NCBI RefSeq assembly: GCF_006345805.1
Contig: NC_043000.1
Location: forward strand, 153,822,001 to 153,886,000
Reading direction: 5' to 3'
DNA from: Octopus sinensis
Lineage: Eukaryota
Length of the DNA stretch: 64,000 bases
Under the pieces are notes generated by a model, which was given only the letters and a program-made list of their open reading frames with translations, had not been told where the DNA came from and searched no databases. Both the position numbers and the translations under genes were made by a program. Positions within the stretch are counted from its first letter, which is position 1, and each line of letters begins with the position of its first letter. Of this stretch, positions 25,318 to 38,334 are shown one piece after another.

Positions 25318-26548
25318 GACGGACAAAATATTGCTAACCAGTTTGATCGGCGCACTAACGATTCTACTAGCTTGCAGCTTTTAATATCCCTGAAATCATA
25401 ACTGTCTTTGACAAACGACACATTAACTAGCGTGATCCTAATTACACTGTGTCTGATAAAAAACACATGGTCATCGTTATGACGTCTCTGTTTATAAGTT
25501 TGCTTGATTAAAGATGAACTAGACCGAAATAAAAACCTAATGTTTTATATTATCTCACTTAGTATTAAAAAGTTCGAGAGTCAGTGTTATCCTTAGAATC
25601 TCGAAAAATAATTTGCTTATAAGGTTCAGTATAGTAAAGTGATATGATCGTTTCAATTACCCACGGTTCACTTAGAAAAACGTGAACCTGGTTATTTCAG
25701 TAGTAAGAGCTTTATATTTACAATCCTCTGTCCCACCCTCCTTCGTTCTTCCCCCTTAACAAATATCTCTTGTATAAGCGTTTCTAGAGTGAGTGGTGAT
25801 AAAATGAAATATTGCGAGGGTTTTATAGCTTGAAAAAAAAAACATACAAGAAAAGAATCACAAATTTTATTCTATCATTATTAGTATTTCTGTAGGGTAC
25901 TCAGGGGCTCTAAAAGTTCTTTTATTACTCCAATTTTAGTTTAAATGCCGTACAACACAAACGGGGTTGTACCAGAAATGGAAGCTGTAATCTGGCAATG
26001 TGGGCTATAACGGTTAGTTGATAACAATATATTTTTGTCATTACATTATACTTGAACGGTAGAGAAATTGGCACCTCCCACTAGTAAGATCTTTTGGATT
26101 TAATAGGAGGGGTTTAATAGAAGGGATTTACCTGTTAATTCAGAGGGGATTTAACAGGTAAGAATTTGCATAAAATCCAAACACGAAATTTTCGGACTGC
26201 TACAGCTTTAATACTCGAAAATAATTAAATTGCACTTCAATGGATTGAAAGATAGCTGAAGTAATTGGCAGTTTATAAGATTTGTATATACCTTAAAACA
26301 TCAAGTCAAATATAAACAACAAATTGATGATAAGCATCACGGCAGAATGATTTATTATATTGTATTAGATCACCTTACCCTCGGCATTGATTACAAGATC
26401 AATCTTCTTCAGCTTTGAAACAGACTTCAGGAATACTCTTTATCTACATTATTGCAGAATCTGGAAAAAAAACCCTTGTTATTCTCCTTGTCCTGTCGGT
26501 TGAGCGTTCTGTATCTAGTTCTGGAAATTGTGTTTTGTAAACGACAGA

Positions 26549-26622
26549 CTATGCTGATGATCTTGCAGATGTTTGCACGTCGATATACGTAAATATGAAC
26601 AAGTGAAACCAATGGTACATAG
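26549..26622 (+). ncRNA. Type I hammerhead ribozyme motif
   Basis: Stem I CTATG/CATAG; CTGATGA 26554-60; stem II CTTG/CAAG with extendable loop; GAAAC 26605-09; short stem III; GUA site, cleavage predicted after 26617. Confidence 0.75.
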
Positions 26623-26782
26623 GTAATCGTTTTTTATTTCGTATATTTTCATTTGTCTTGCTTATTTTTACTTTTTGGTTTTTTGCGGAGATTTTTCTTG
26701 CGAATACATTCTTCGTGTTAATGGCGATTTGACGTCTACATTTAGCATATAGGCTGTCTAATTTTAGTGGCAGTCTAAATTT

Positions 26783-26784
<2 letters not shown>

Positions 26785-26843
<59 letters not shown>
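26785..26843. repeat. (TA)n tract between two convergent hammerhead-bearing termini
   Basis: Directly visible. Confidence 0.95.
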
Positions 26844-26848
<5 letters not shown>

Positions 26849-26873
26849 AGTAAGAAGGATGTCCAAGTATCAA

Positions 26874-26960
26874 TGCATTACTGCCGTTTCAAGCGGCTCC
26901 AGTTAATCGATAAATGAAAACATGTCATCAATTTGAAAGTAACCACTCTCCTCAGAAGCA
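26874..26960 (-). ncRNA. Type I hammerhead ribozyme motif
   Basis: Minus strand: TGCTT CTGAGGA GAGTGGTT..42 nt..AGCCGCTT GAAAC GGCA GTA ATGCA; 8-bp stem II with G-U pairs, stem I 4/5 paired. Confidence 0.7.
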
Positions 26961-27899
26961 GACGGCCCCATAAATTTCCAATATAAAAGATAAACCATTT
27001 TTTAGCCCAATTTACATCAGTACTAGGAACACAAATAATTACATTGTTTCTTTTTGCTATATTTGTGGCAGTATAAATCTAGGATAAAATGTATATCTAA
27101 AGCGTACTATAATTTAGAGAGTAGTAGGGGAATATAGTGGGTCAAGAAAATGGAATGATGAGATAGTTAATTTATATTTATCTTTATTTCATTTTATTTA
27201 TAAGATTATATGCTGCATATAGTCTACAACCCTTTAGAGTTAAATCCATTGGGAGTTGACAGTTAAGTTCCAGTTGATGGTGATAAATTAATTTATGTCA
27301 AATACTCACCCCCATCCTTATTTTACTGGAACCCTAAATCTTGCTTTGTCTACATAGTAGTTATAATAGTTTACCCGATATAAAATAATACTTATTTATT
27401 TTTGGCTTTTAATCATGTAATATTCAATAGATAGGTACGTGCCCATATAGGTTTAGCATGTACTTCCGCTTGTATTCTAACATATGCTCAGTACACCTCT
27501 AATTTAATTACACCTTACAGTCGATTCTATATTTTAGATATTTTATCCACCTGTAATATGAATATTTAACCTGGTTTTGATTTAATATAAACTATGTACT
27601 CCTACTCAGATGATAATTTAATTTACTTATAAATTCATTGTGGAATAGTTTCATTATGACCACCTTAGCAATATGCTTAGTATAGGCCCTATGAAAGAAT
27701 ACCATTTTTAAAGTTTAAGTTTAATTATCTATCCTTTTTCCTATATATTGTTCTAAAATTCCTTTCGAAATTTTTAATATATTAAATTGGCTAAGTTATG
27801 ATATACTTTGTAACCCTAGGTTTAATTCCAACCCTTAGATCTTATTTTGATCTCTTTTGTTTTCCACTCTATTCTCCTTTTATTTGACAATCGAAATAT

Positions 27900-30320
27900 A
27901 TGGTAACCAACCCCGTCCTGAAAAATATCAACTTAAAACACAATTACAGAAAGAGAAAGAAAGAAACACAATCCAGAACAACAAATGTACAAAATCGATA
28001 CAAATGAGGATAAGTTAACAGAGAAGATGTCCTCGGATAGTAATAAAAAGAAAACCTTGAAAAATCAATTTTAGATTTGTGACTACCTAACCCATTTTGA
28101 TTGCAAGACTAGTTGCTTCTACGGTCCCGAACTGTGAAACGCACAGAGTCAGCAATTTTTTCGATATATTACTCAAACCTATTTTAAAATACATACCACG
28201 TCTTGTAAGAGACAATCTGAACCTGTTAAACCACCTCCCAAAATTCATAAACAATAATACAAATATTGTATCTTTTAATGTGGTTAACCTTTTACCATAA
28301 TACCACACCAATATAGGCTAGAAGTGCTAAATTCATGGCTTGATAAATTCCCTCATGAAATTCCAGACAGAATTGAAAAACGTTATCCCCGAAAACAACT
28401 ATTTTGACTTCGACGGCAATATTTACAAACAAATATCTGGGAGTGCGATGTGGACAAAAGTTGCTCCGCCTTACGCCAATCGAAAGGTCAGATATATGAA
28501 CAATCAAAATTAATATATGACTTGAACTCCACAAATATCTACTAGAAAACTGGAAACGTTACCTAGATGTCTGCCTTATTCTATGAGCGTACACATTTGA
28601 ACAACTTATATATTTCAAAAACCTAATTAACAGCATAAACAATAATATAAACTTCACCATGGAATGCAGTAAAATTCAACTACCATTCCGGGATATACTA
28701 ATCATCAAAAGAGATAAAATCATTGAAACAGACATTCACTACAAACAAACAGATTCTAAACAATACTTACTATTCTCTTCATGCTATGCCCAAAGCACGA
28801 AGAATAATATTCACTTTAATCTAGTAAGAAGAATCTGTTCAATTGTCTCAAACTCTGGAACTCGCAATAAAAAACTCCAGGAACTAAAACAAATACTACT
28901 TAAATTCCAATATCCATTACAGTTAATAACAAATAAATTCCCAAGAACTATGAAAAACGAAAAACGTTCCAGATACATTCAATTATCTACCCTTTATTAC
29001 AACACACAACCCAAGAAATACTGAGGCTTGCAATATTATACACCAGAAAATCCAACTACTAATACAAAAGCCAAGAATGAAATAAGCATTCGAAATATCC
29101 AAAATAATCAAAAGTAAAAGACAATCAAAGCCTCTCAAAAAGTTCCCCACAAATGCTACATTACCTTCCGTAATTCCTGTACCAACAGTCAAAGCGTGTA
29201 GCCGCCCCAATTGTAGAACTTGCATCAATCTTATTGATGAAGCAACATACAAATTCAAATGAGGACAGATGTTTACTTTAAAAAATCACTTTACATGTTC
29301 TTCAAGGAATTTAATATACGCTCTCAAATGTCAAGGATGTAATGAAAATTACACAAGTCAAACAAGTCAAACAAAGCTTACTCTAAGAAATAAACTGACC
29401 ATTCCCTGACAACAAATATCAGACTCTAGTACTGAGTGAACACATAGAAATACGTGCAAACAATAAGTCCCCCCCAATTTCAGGTCTTCCCACTCTACCT
29501 ATGTTCAGCGAATACCAGCGATGAAGCACGAATAAACATAGAGAATATTTTCACTCAAAAGTACAACCCTAGACTTAACAAACTTTAACAGAATACATAC
29601 ACAAATAACTATTCACACACAAAATTCATTCTGCCACTTATCAGATAACTACCTCAACTTTAGTCACTGGACGTCATATAAACGTTTCCTGTCTACTCTT
29701 CCTCCAGACAGATTAAATTTAGAGTGCCTTGATTGCAACTAAAAATGTTCACGCAACTGTATCGCCTTCATTTCAGGCGCAAAATATACTGCCACGTGAC
29801 AATAATGCATGGACGTAGCGGGAAACGTACCGAAGGTTCTAAACTTAATCACGTGTTCATTTTCTGCAAACACTCGACAGAAAACATCCAGAGTATTGAT
29901 TATTTAGTATTGATTATTTAGTATTGATTCTTTAGTATTACAACTAGACTTGTTCAGTCAATCGTGTCGCCCTTAACTTACGACACTAAACATTGTCACT
30001 TGATGCTAACTGCAGACGTAGCGGGGAACCTAGAAAAATTTCTAAGACTCACCTCTATCAATCAATCCCTATTCAAAACATATACTAATTTGAACCATGA
30101 ACTCCCTATAAAAATAGGGCAAGCTTCAAAACAGCTGCTGCATAAGCCACGTCTTTCTATTTTGAAATATTTGAAAATTAGTGTAAGATGTGAAACCGGT
30201 TAAATCTTTCAATATAATAATAAAAAATATTTTGACTATTCTCGGTGCATTTACAACTTCTAGTTTTCCTATATATATCTCTCCTAATATAACAATGAGC
30301 GTCGTGATTTTATATACTTG
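27900..30320 (+). mobile_element. Decayed Penelope-like element (RT plus GIY-YIG endonuclease and 3' terminal region)
   Basis: PNCETHRVSNFFDILLKP, IVSFNVVNL, SAMWTKVAPPYAN, LPFRDILI..TDIHYKQTD; CSRPNCRTC and NLIYALKCQGC (GIY-YIG); frame ends KYNPRLNKL* at about 29588; ends at (TA)n. Confidence 0.85.
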
Positions 30321-30322
30321 TG

Positions 30323-30388
<66 letters not shown>

Positions 30389-31142
30389 ATATATTTGTCC
30401 AAAATCACGCACTCGGTTTAAATGATGAAGGGAGAAGAATGAAAATAGTGATTCAGTGAAGGAGAAGTAGTAAGAGTAATAGCAATGACTGAGAGGGGGT
30501 GAGAGAAGGTAATAGTAATGAGAGAGAGGAAGTGGCAAAGAGAGCTTCGTGTATCTTCTGCTATGATGATAACAGATACATAAAAAATAGAATTACAGAC
30601 ACGTTCATACACACACACACACACAACACACACACACACACACACATACATACGCACACGTATATATATATATGTTTTAGTTTCTCGCTTTGCTATATAC
30701 GACTACGAAGATTTGCATCCCCAATGAAACTCATCTTTTTCCCAAACTTCTTCTCAAACCTGCTATAATGTAATACATGTCTTTGGTGTGGTAATTGTGT
30801 ATTGATATAAGCTGTCCAATAAAGCCAGAAACATATGTACCGCTAAATCCTTTGCATCCTGTTTTTCTTTTGATAAATATATATATATAAATATAAATAT
30901 ATATATATATATGTACATATACAGACACACTTAGAAAGGAAGGAATCGGGCTGAGACAAAATATAGAAAACCGCGTTCGCTACAGACTGTGGTAATCACA
31001 TATATAAATGTATACATATGCAGACGCGCACACACACACACAGAGTTGAAGCACTGCTTGATTTTTTTGCACCATTTTGTACCCTTTTTATATATAATAT
31101 ACTACAATTAGCCATATTTTTTTACGGCACAGTGTTAACTAG

Positions 31143-31200
<58 letters not shown>

Positions 31201-31205
31201 TATAT

Positions 31206-31620
31206 TTACTCTTTCTTTTACTCTTTTACTTGTTTCAGTCATTTGACTGCGGCCATACTGGAGCACCGCCTTTAATCGAGCAAATCGACCCCGGGACTTA
31301 TTCTTTCGTAAGCCCAGTACTTATTCTATCGGTCTCTTTTGCCGAACCGCTAAGTAACGGGGACATAAACACACCAGCATCGGTTGTCAAGCAATGCTAG
31401 GGGTACAAACACAGACAGACAAACATACACGCACATACATATATATACATATATATACGACAGGCTTCTTTCAGTTTCCGTCTACCAAATCCACTGACAA
31501 GGCTTTGGTCGGCCCGAGGCTATAGCAGAAGAAACTTGCCCAAGATGCCACGCAGTGGGACTGAACCCGGAACCATGTGGTTGGTAAACAAGCGACTTAC
31601 CACACAGCCACTCCTGCGCC
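31206..31620 (-). mobile_element. SINE family A, full length
   Basis: Complete layout. Confidence 0.92.
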
Positions 31621-31637
31621 TATATATGTTTTATATA

Positions 31638-31811
31638 TTCTTTCACTTGTTTGAGTCAATAAAATTGGCCCTCGTACTTCTTTTTAAGCCTGGTACATAT
31701 CTGAGCGCACTTTTTTGCCGAACCGATAAGTTAAGTGGACATAAACACACCAAAACCGGTTGTCAAGAAGTGGTGGACAACAAAACCCACATGCATACAT
31801 ACAGACACACA

Positions 31812-31856
<45 letters not shown>

Positions 31857-32056
31857 GTATATATATATATGTATATATATATACATATATGTATGTATAT
31901 ATACGGCTCTTTTATATCGCTTTCCGTCTACCGACTCCACTCACTACACTTAGGTTGGCCCGCGGCTAACACTTGCCCAAGGAGTCATGCAGTGGGGCCG
32001 AACCCAGAAGGATGTGGTTCGGAAGCAAACTTTCTATCTCACAGCCACGGCTTTGC
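31638..32056 (-). mobile_element. Older diverged SINE family A
   Basis: Same module order with many substitutions and an expanded internal microsatellite. Confidence 0.75.
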
Positions 32057-32069
32057 CCCCTTAAAAAAA

Positions 32070-32215
32070 CCCAACTCGCGCTGTAAAGTGGTTGACGTTA
32101 GGAAGGGTACCCATCCGAAGAAACTAGGCCAAATCCCATTGGAGCCTTATGCAGGCCTCCCCCTTGCCAGCTCTGATCAAACCGACGTTAAAGGATGATG
32201 ATGCTGATGATAATG
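32070..32215 (+). mobile_element. 3' fragment of another SINE-like repeat ending in (GAT)n
   Basis: GGTTGACGTTAGGAAGGGTACCCATCCG...GACGTTAAAGGATGATGATG; family recognised from memory only. Confidence 0.45.
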
Positions 32216-32285
32216 GTTGTATGTATATATATATATTTATATATATATATATATATATATATACATACATACATACATACATACA

Positions 32286-32321
<36 letters not shown>

Positions 32322-32420
32322 TATATACATACATATATATATATACATACATATATATACATATATATACATATATACATATAATATATATATATATTAT
32401 ATATATATATATATATATAT

Positions 32421-32625
32421 TCTCTTTTTTTTCTCTTTTTACTTGTTTAAGTCATTTGACTGCGGTCATGCTGTAGCACCACTTTTAGTCGAGCAACTCG
32501 ACCCCGGGACTTATTCTTTGTATTCTATCGGTCTCTTTTGCCGAACCGCTAAGTGACGGGGACGTAAACACACCAGCATCGGTTGTCAAGCGATGTTGGA
32601 GGGACAAACACAGACACACAAACAC

Positions 32626-32660
<35 letters not shown>

Positions 32661-32833
32661 AACATATATACGACAGGCTTCTTTCAGTTTCCGTCTACAA
32701 AATCCACTCACAAGGCATTGGTCTGCCCGAGGCTATAGCAGAAGACACTTGCCCAAGATGCCACGCAGTGGGACTGAACCCGGAACTATGTGGTTGGTAA
32801 GCAAGCTACTTACCACACAGCCACTCCTGCGCC
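32421..32833 (-). mobile_element. SINE family A, full length
   Basis: Complete layout with small deletion. Confidence 0.92.
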
Positions 32834-33239
32834 TATATATATAATATATATATATATATGTGTATATTATATATATGTACTTACGTATGTATACATATGT
32901 ATACACCTAGTTGTGTTTGTATGTATATACAAATATGCATATATACGAATGTACCTATTGCCGTATGTACACATACGTATGCAAGCACACACACGTTCAG
33001 ACACAACACACACACGTGTACATACACACAAATACATACACATATTCTTTTATATTTCCCATGTTTTGCCCGGTAGGAATCGTTCCAGCTTTTGTCCTAT
33101 AAGAAGCACTTCTGTTTTGTTTTAGTCTATTGCACGTCTATTTCTCAAATAGACATTTCATTATAACGAAATATTTCTGATTTATTCTCTTAATGGCTCG
33201 TCTTCGCTTTTGTCGAATATATATATATGTGTGTGTGTG

Positions 33240-33282
<43 letters not shown>

Positions 33283-33606
33283 TTTTTATTTTTTACGCTT
33301 CCTGTATTTTATGTTTCTTTCGTTTTGTTTTACTTTCTTTCTTTCAGTATTGTTGCAGGTATTTTTACTTGATTTTGTTGGCTGTTGTTCTCCTTTGATT
33401 TTGTTATTTTTTGTCTTTTTCTTTTTGTTTTGAGTATTTTGTGTGCTTTTCTTATGCTACGTTTTACATGATCATACTGGCTTCTTCGTGCTTTTTTTTC
33501 TTGCTGGGAGGAACCTTTTATGTACATACATACATGTAAACACATAAATGCATACATACGTAAATAAATATGTGTATGCATATATATATAATATATATAT
33601 ATATAT

Positions 33607-33644
<38 letters not shown>

Positions 33645-33667
33645 TACGGCAAAGAAAGAGACATACG

Positions 33668-33707
<40 letters not shown>

Positions 33708-34511
33708 GACATATGTAAATTTATATATATATGCATGTTTATATATAGACATGTATACATATATATACATATAAATATATACATATATATATACATATAT
33801 ATATATATATACATTTATATATATGTATGTACGTATGCGTATATATATAATATAGTTCATTTTCTTTGTTTTAGACGCCACTTCCTTCCTGTGCAAGTTG
33901 CACTGTATTTATCAATGTCACTCACTCATAGAGAACATGTGTGCGTGTGTATATATGTATGCATGCATGCATGCATGTATGTATGTATGTATGTATGTAT
34001 GTATGTATGTATGTAGTTGTTTCAGTAAGGCACAAAATTCATAATTACGTGAGCGAGAAGGAAATGAACAGAATTCCCTAGAAATGCCTTATTTTGAAAA
34101 TCAAATTGTGAAGAAACGGATTTCTTTCATTATTAGAATGCCTTCACACTTTGTCATCCTTGGTTACTCGCCTGATCAAAAGTGTTTGGAAGACATCAGT
34201 TAACTTCAAATTACCTGAGGAAAATTAACATGATATATCTTATTTGTAGAAGACAAAGTTATCTTTGCAAATATGCTTGCAAATGTATTTTCAGGGTCGC
34301 TCTTAGTGTTTAGAAAATGAAGTTCAAATCAAATTTCTAGTGTTATAAACTATAGAGGGATATGCCAAATGGAAATTCCGAGTTGTTAAAAGACAAGTTT
34401 TAACCTGACCAGATTCGAAAGCGGAGTAATGAAAAACTGAACTATACATAATTTTCCGTGCGTAACATAATGTTATTCATACGAATACGTCTGTGTATAT
34501 ATTTACTATAA

Positions 34512-34898
34512 GGAAGCACTCCGTCGGTTACGACGACGAGGGTTCCGGTTGATCCGAATCAACGGAGCAGCCTGCTCGTGAAATTAACGTGTAAGTGGCA
34601 GAGCACTCCACAGACACGTGTACCCTTAACGTAGTTCTCGGGGATATTCAGCGTGACACCGAGAGTGATAAGGCCGGCCCTTTGAAATACAGGTACAACA
34701 GAAACAGGAAGTAAGAGTGAGAGAAAGTTGTGGTGAAAGAGTACAGCAGGGATCACCACCATCCCCTGCCGGAGCCTCGTGGAGCTTTTAGGTGTTTTCG
34801 CTCAATAAACACTCACAATTCCCGGTCTGGGAATCGAAACCGCGATCCAATGACCCCCGACAAAGGCTGCCCTAACCACTGGGCCATTGCGCCTCCAC
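34512..34898 (-). mobile_element. SINE family C with replaced anticodon-arm segment
   Basis: Full copy; 14-bp TSD TATATATTTACTAT at 34496-34509 and 34901-34914. Confidence 0.93.
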
Positions 34899-35495
34899 AA
34901 TATATATTTACTATGTACAACTAATATACGAACTTCTTTCCTTACATTCTTAACTCTTCTTTCTTTTCCTCCCCTATTCCTTTTATCTTGATAACCCTAC
35001 TCTCACATCCCCATCACAATCTCTTGACCACCATCTAGCACACTTTTTCTGATTTTTTCTTCCTCTTTCTTTCAATCTTTCTTTCTTTCTTTCTTTCTTC
35101 TTTCCTCCCATATTCCATTTGAGTAATACCATTCTCTTCCTAACATAGACATCTAATCTCTTCTCTCTATCTACTTACCCCTACCAATACGTTCTCAAAA
35201 TTTCATTCACACCACAAGACCCATTTGAATGAACAGCACATAGAATTTATGTATCCACACTACCCATTTGTAATAACAAAACATGAACTACTGTCGGAAT
35301 CTACATACCACGGACAAGAAGCATTTCTACTCATTCTACATAGCACTTTCCTTGGATAACGGAACTGCGACTGTAACATCCTACATATATTGCAATTTCT
35401 ATTTTTATTTCACTTTATACTTCCTATATCCATTCTTTTCCAAAATAACTCCTTATATTGAGCTCTACTATTCCCATCTAGTTAATTCTCTCAAA

Positions 35496-35547
35496 TAATC
35501 TCTGATGAAGGGATATCCCTAATATCCTAGAAACAGCTGTAAGACTA
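35496..35547 (+). ncRNA. Minimal type I hammerhead ribozyme motif
   Basis: TAATCT CTGATGA AG GGATAT cccta ATATCC TA GAAAC AGCT GTA AGACTA; palindromic stem III ACAGCTGT; AT-rich tail then (TA)n. Confidence 0.75.
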
Positions 35548-35621
35548 CTTTTCTCTTTATAAAAGCACTATAATTTCCATACAACCTTGGCTTTGTTGTC
35601 TCATTTTATTTAAGACTCACA

Positions 35622-35653
35622 CATATATATATATATATGTATATATGCATACA

Positions 35654-35731
<78 letters not shown>

Positions 35732-35745
35732 CATATATATATATG

Positions 35746-35785
<40 letters not shown>

Positions 35786-35791
35786 CATATA

Positions 35792-35842
<51 letters not shown>
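35622..35842. repeat. Compound (TA)n/(CATA)n microsatellite
   Basis: Directly visible. Confidence 0.9.
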
Positions 35843-35845
<3 letters not shown>

Positions 35846-36796
35846 ATGCTTGAATTTATAAACGAAAAAAAGTGCGTAATACATGAATTAGCGTTTATAT
35901 GTTTTTTTAATTTACTCTAAGAATATGATAGCTTCTACCAGAATTAAATAAAATGTGCATGTTAGATCCAAATATCATTGTTCCTAACCGACTTTAATCA
36001 CTGTTGTGGTAGATAAAATATACACCCATTATGTTCTGGGATTTTCCAATCCAACATCTGTTTTGTCGATCTCAGAGGACTTGTGAAAGCTCAGGTTTAC
36101 AACACCTTTAAATGAAACCATGAACAAATATCTTCTATAACCTAAACAATGTTAATAAAACTATCGATAATGGGCATTAGATTGTTGACCGAAAGTTTTG
36201 GCCTAGAGCCTTAACTCACTCAAAGAAAAACAGATTCATCTAGCTGAACTGCAGATATGCAGTAAATCGCTGTAGCAGATTTACTGCATATAATCCAGAG
36301 GCAAAAGCTATTACACAGCTAAGAGGCTGAAGCCATATAATTTAGAAATCTTTCGCTAATCTGTAAGATCAAATATCGTGCTGAGTTCAAATACTACCAC
36401 AAATATAATATAAGAAAACGAATATAGAGGTTGGATTTTATCTACATATTTCATTGTATGTTGGTCTAAATATGAATTTTAAAAAACAGTTCAAATTTAT
36501 TGCTTCGAACAAGTAGATACTTTACCTGAAAAGTACAAAGAAATGTTTGATTTGCATAAAAAGAGATTTTATAACCTGCTAGAAATAAAACATTATTTTG
36601 CAGGTGAAAAAATATGGGGATAAGTATGTGTCATTGAAAAGCATATGTTAATAACTTTTGAATTTCTTTAATTTGTTTAAGTGGATGATCATTAACAGCA
36701 TTATTCTTATTCTTATTATTGTTATTGTTGTTGTTGTTGTTATTATTGTTGTTGTTGTTGTTGTTTTTGTTGTTGTTGTTGTTGCGGCTGCTGTTA

Positions 36797-37210
36797 AGGC
36801 GGCGAGCTGGCAGAATCGTTAGCACGCCGGGCAAAAGCTTCACAGCATTTCGTCCGACCTTACGCGCTGGTTCAAATTCCGCTGAAGTCGACGTTGCCTT
36901 TCATCCTTTACTACCTACAAGAGGCTAAATATAGAGTGGACAAACAAGGACAAAGGGATTAAGTCGATTACATCGATCCCAGTGCGTAACTGTTACTTAA
37001 TTTATCGATCCCGAAAGGATGGAAAGCAAAGTCGACCTCGGCGGAATTTGAACTCAGATTCCGCCGCCGATGTCGACTTTGACTTCCATCCTTTCGGCGT
37101 CGATTAAATAAGTACCAGTTACGCACTGGGTCGATGCAATCGACTAAATCTGTTTGTCTGTCCATGTTTGTCCTCTCTGTGTTTATCCCCTTGTGGATAG
37201 TAAAGAAATA
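36797..37210. mobile_element. SINE B fold-back composite (+ head, - body, + body)
   Basis: 36907-37046 complementary to 37059-37204 with loop TTTGAACTCAGA. Confidence 0.85.
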
Positions 37211-37230
37211 GATAGTGTATACTGTGCGTT

Positions 37231-37279
<49 letters not shown>
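37231..37279. repeat. (TAA)n microsatellite
   Basis: Directly visible. Confidence 0.95.
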
Positions 37280-37280
<1 letters not shown>

Positions 37281-37605
37281 AATATCGTGAGGCTGTTGAC
37301 TGAAGATGTGTCTATCGGGGGTTTGTACTCTTTGTCAAGTCACAATAAGGACCTCAGTTAGACAGTACTTTACGCAATATGCGTGCAGTTCCAAGTAATG
37401 CCAACTTTTGCAATACATCTAGATTGTAGGGTATTTCTAAGGTTCTCAGATGTTTTTTTCTGATTGGGTGGGATTAAAACTAATGTTCCGATGATAATAG
37501 GAATAACATTTATGTTCGACTCTCGTATCTGCCATATTTTAGCCATCACAAGTCTCAGGTCTTGCAACTCACTATCAGAGCTGCCTCTAACTGTCTCCTC
37601 CATAA
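37280..37605 (-). mobile_element. 3' end of RLE-type LINE
   Basis: ELQDLRLVMAKIWQ, VIPIIIGTL, EIPYNLDVLQKLALLGTARILRKVLSN* across a frameshift. Confidence 0.8.
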
Positions 37606-37904
37606 ATCTGAACAGGGCGTTCTTCGCCATGTTTTTTTTTAAATTAGTTTTTTCAAAAACAAACATGAAAAATTTCTTTACAAATTTGAGCACCCAGTAT
37701 TACAAAGAAACAAAACGAATTGGACCTATGCAATTCTGGTAGTTTCAACAAAAATTTTGTAATAAAATTAAACAATTAACAACTTTTGGAGACACAAACA
37801 AACAGCAGTACTTACGAGCGATACGACACGCGTCCAGCCAATACAAAAGTAAGAACTTGTAACTATCTCATCAATTTAATAATTAGATGGTATGATTATA
37901 TAAA

Positions 37905-38110
37905 ATATTCCTTTCTACTATAGGCATAAGGTCTGAAATTTGGAGGGAAGGGGTACATCGACCCTAGTTCTGGTACTTATTTTATCGACCCGAAAGAATG
38001 AAAGGCAAATTTGAGGTCGGAGGAATTTGAACGCAAGACGTAAAAACGGACGAAATGTCGCTAAGCATTTTGTCCGACATGCTAACGATTCTGTCGGCTC
38101 ACCACCTTTA
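37905..38110 (-). mobile_element. Diverged SINE family B
   Basis: Family B core and head. Confidence 0.75.
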
Positions 38111-38334
38111 ATATCATTTATGATATTAACTAGTTTTTGACTACGCTCATTTTCATCACTGATAGGGAAAGCTTATTGTTGGTTTATACTCAATTCTAAC
38201 TGAATATATTTCCTTGGCATCTGAGAATGAAAGAAAAGGCACATTCGGTATTATTTAATTTAGAAAACAGTGGTGCCAAACTACCTTGATGAATTTTAGT
38301 GGAACCATTTGACCTTCAGTACTCATTTTCTTTT

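Noticed and set aside
26547-26567. DYADDLA reverse-transcriptase-like motif
   Set aside because: In-frame stop three codons upstream and no other RT motifs; it overlaps the hammerhead CTGATGA box
29892-29940. 14-bp unit AGTATTGATTATTT x3.5
   Set aside because: Ordinary slippage duplication inside a decayed element
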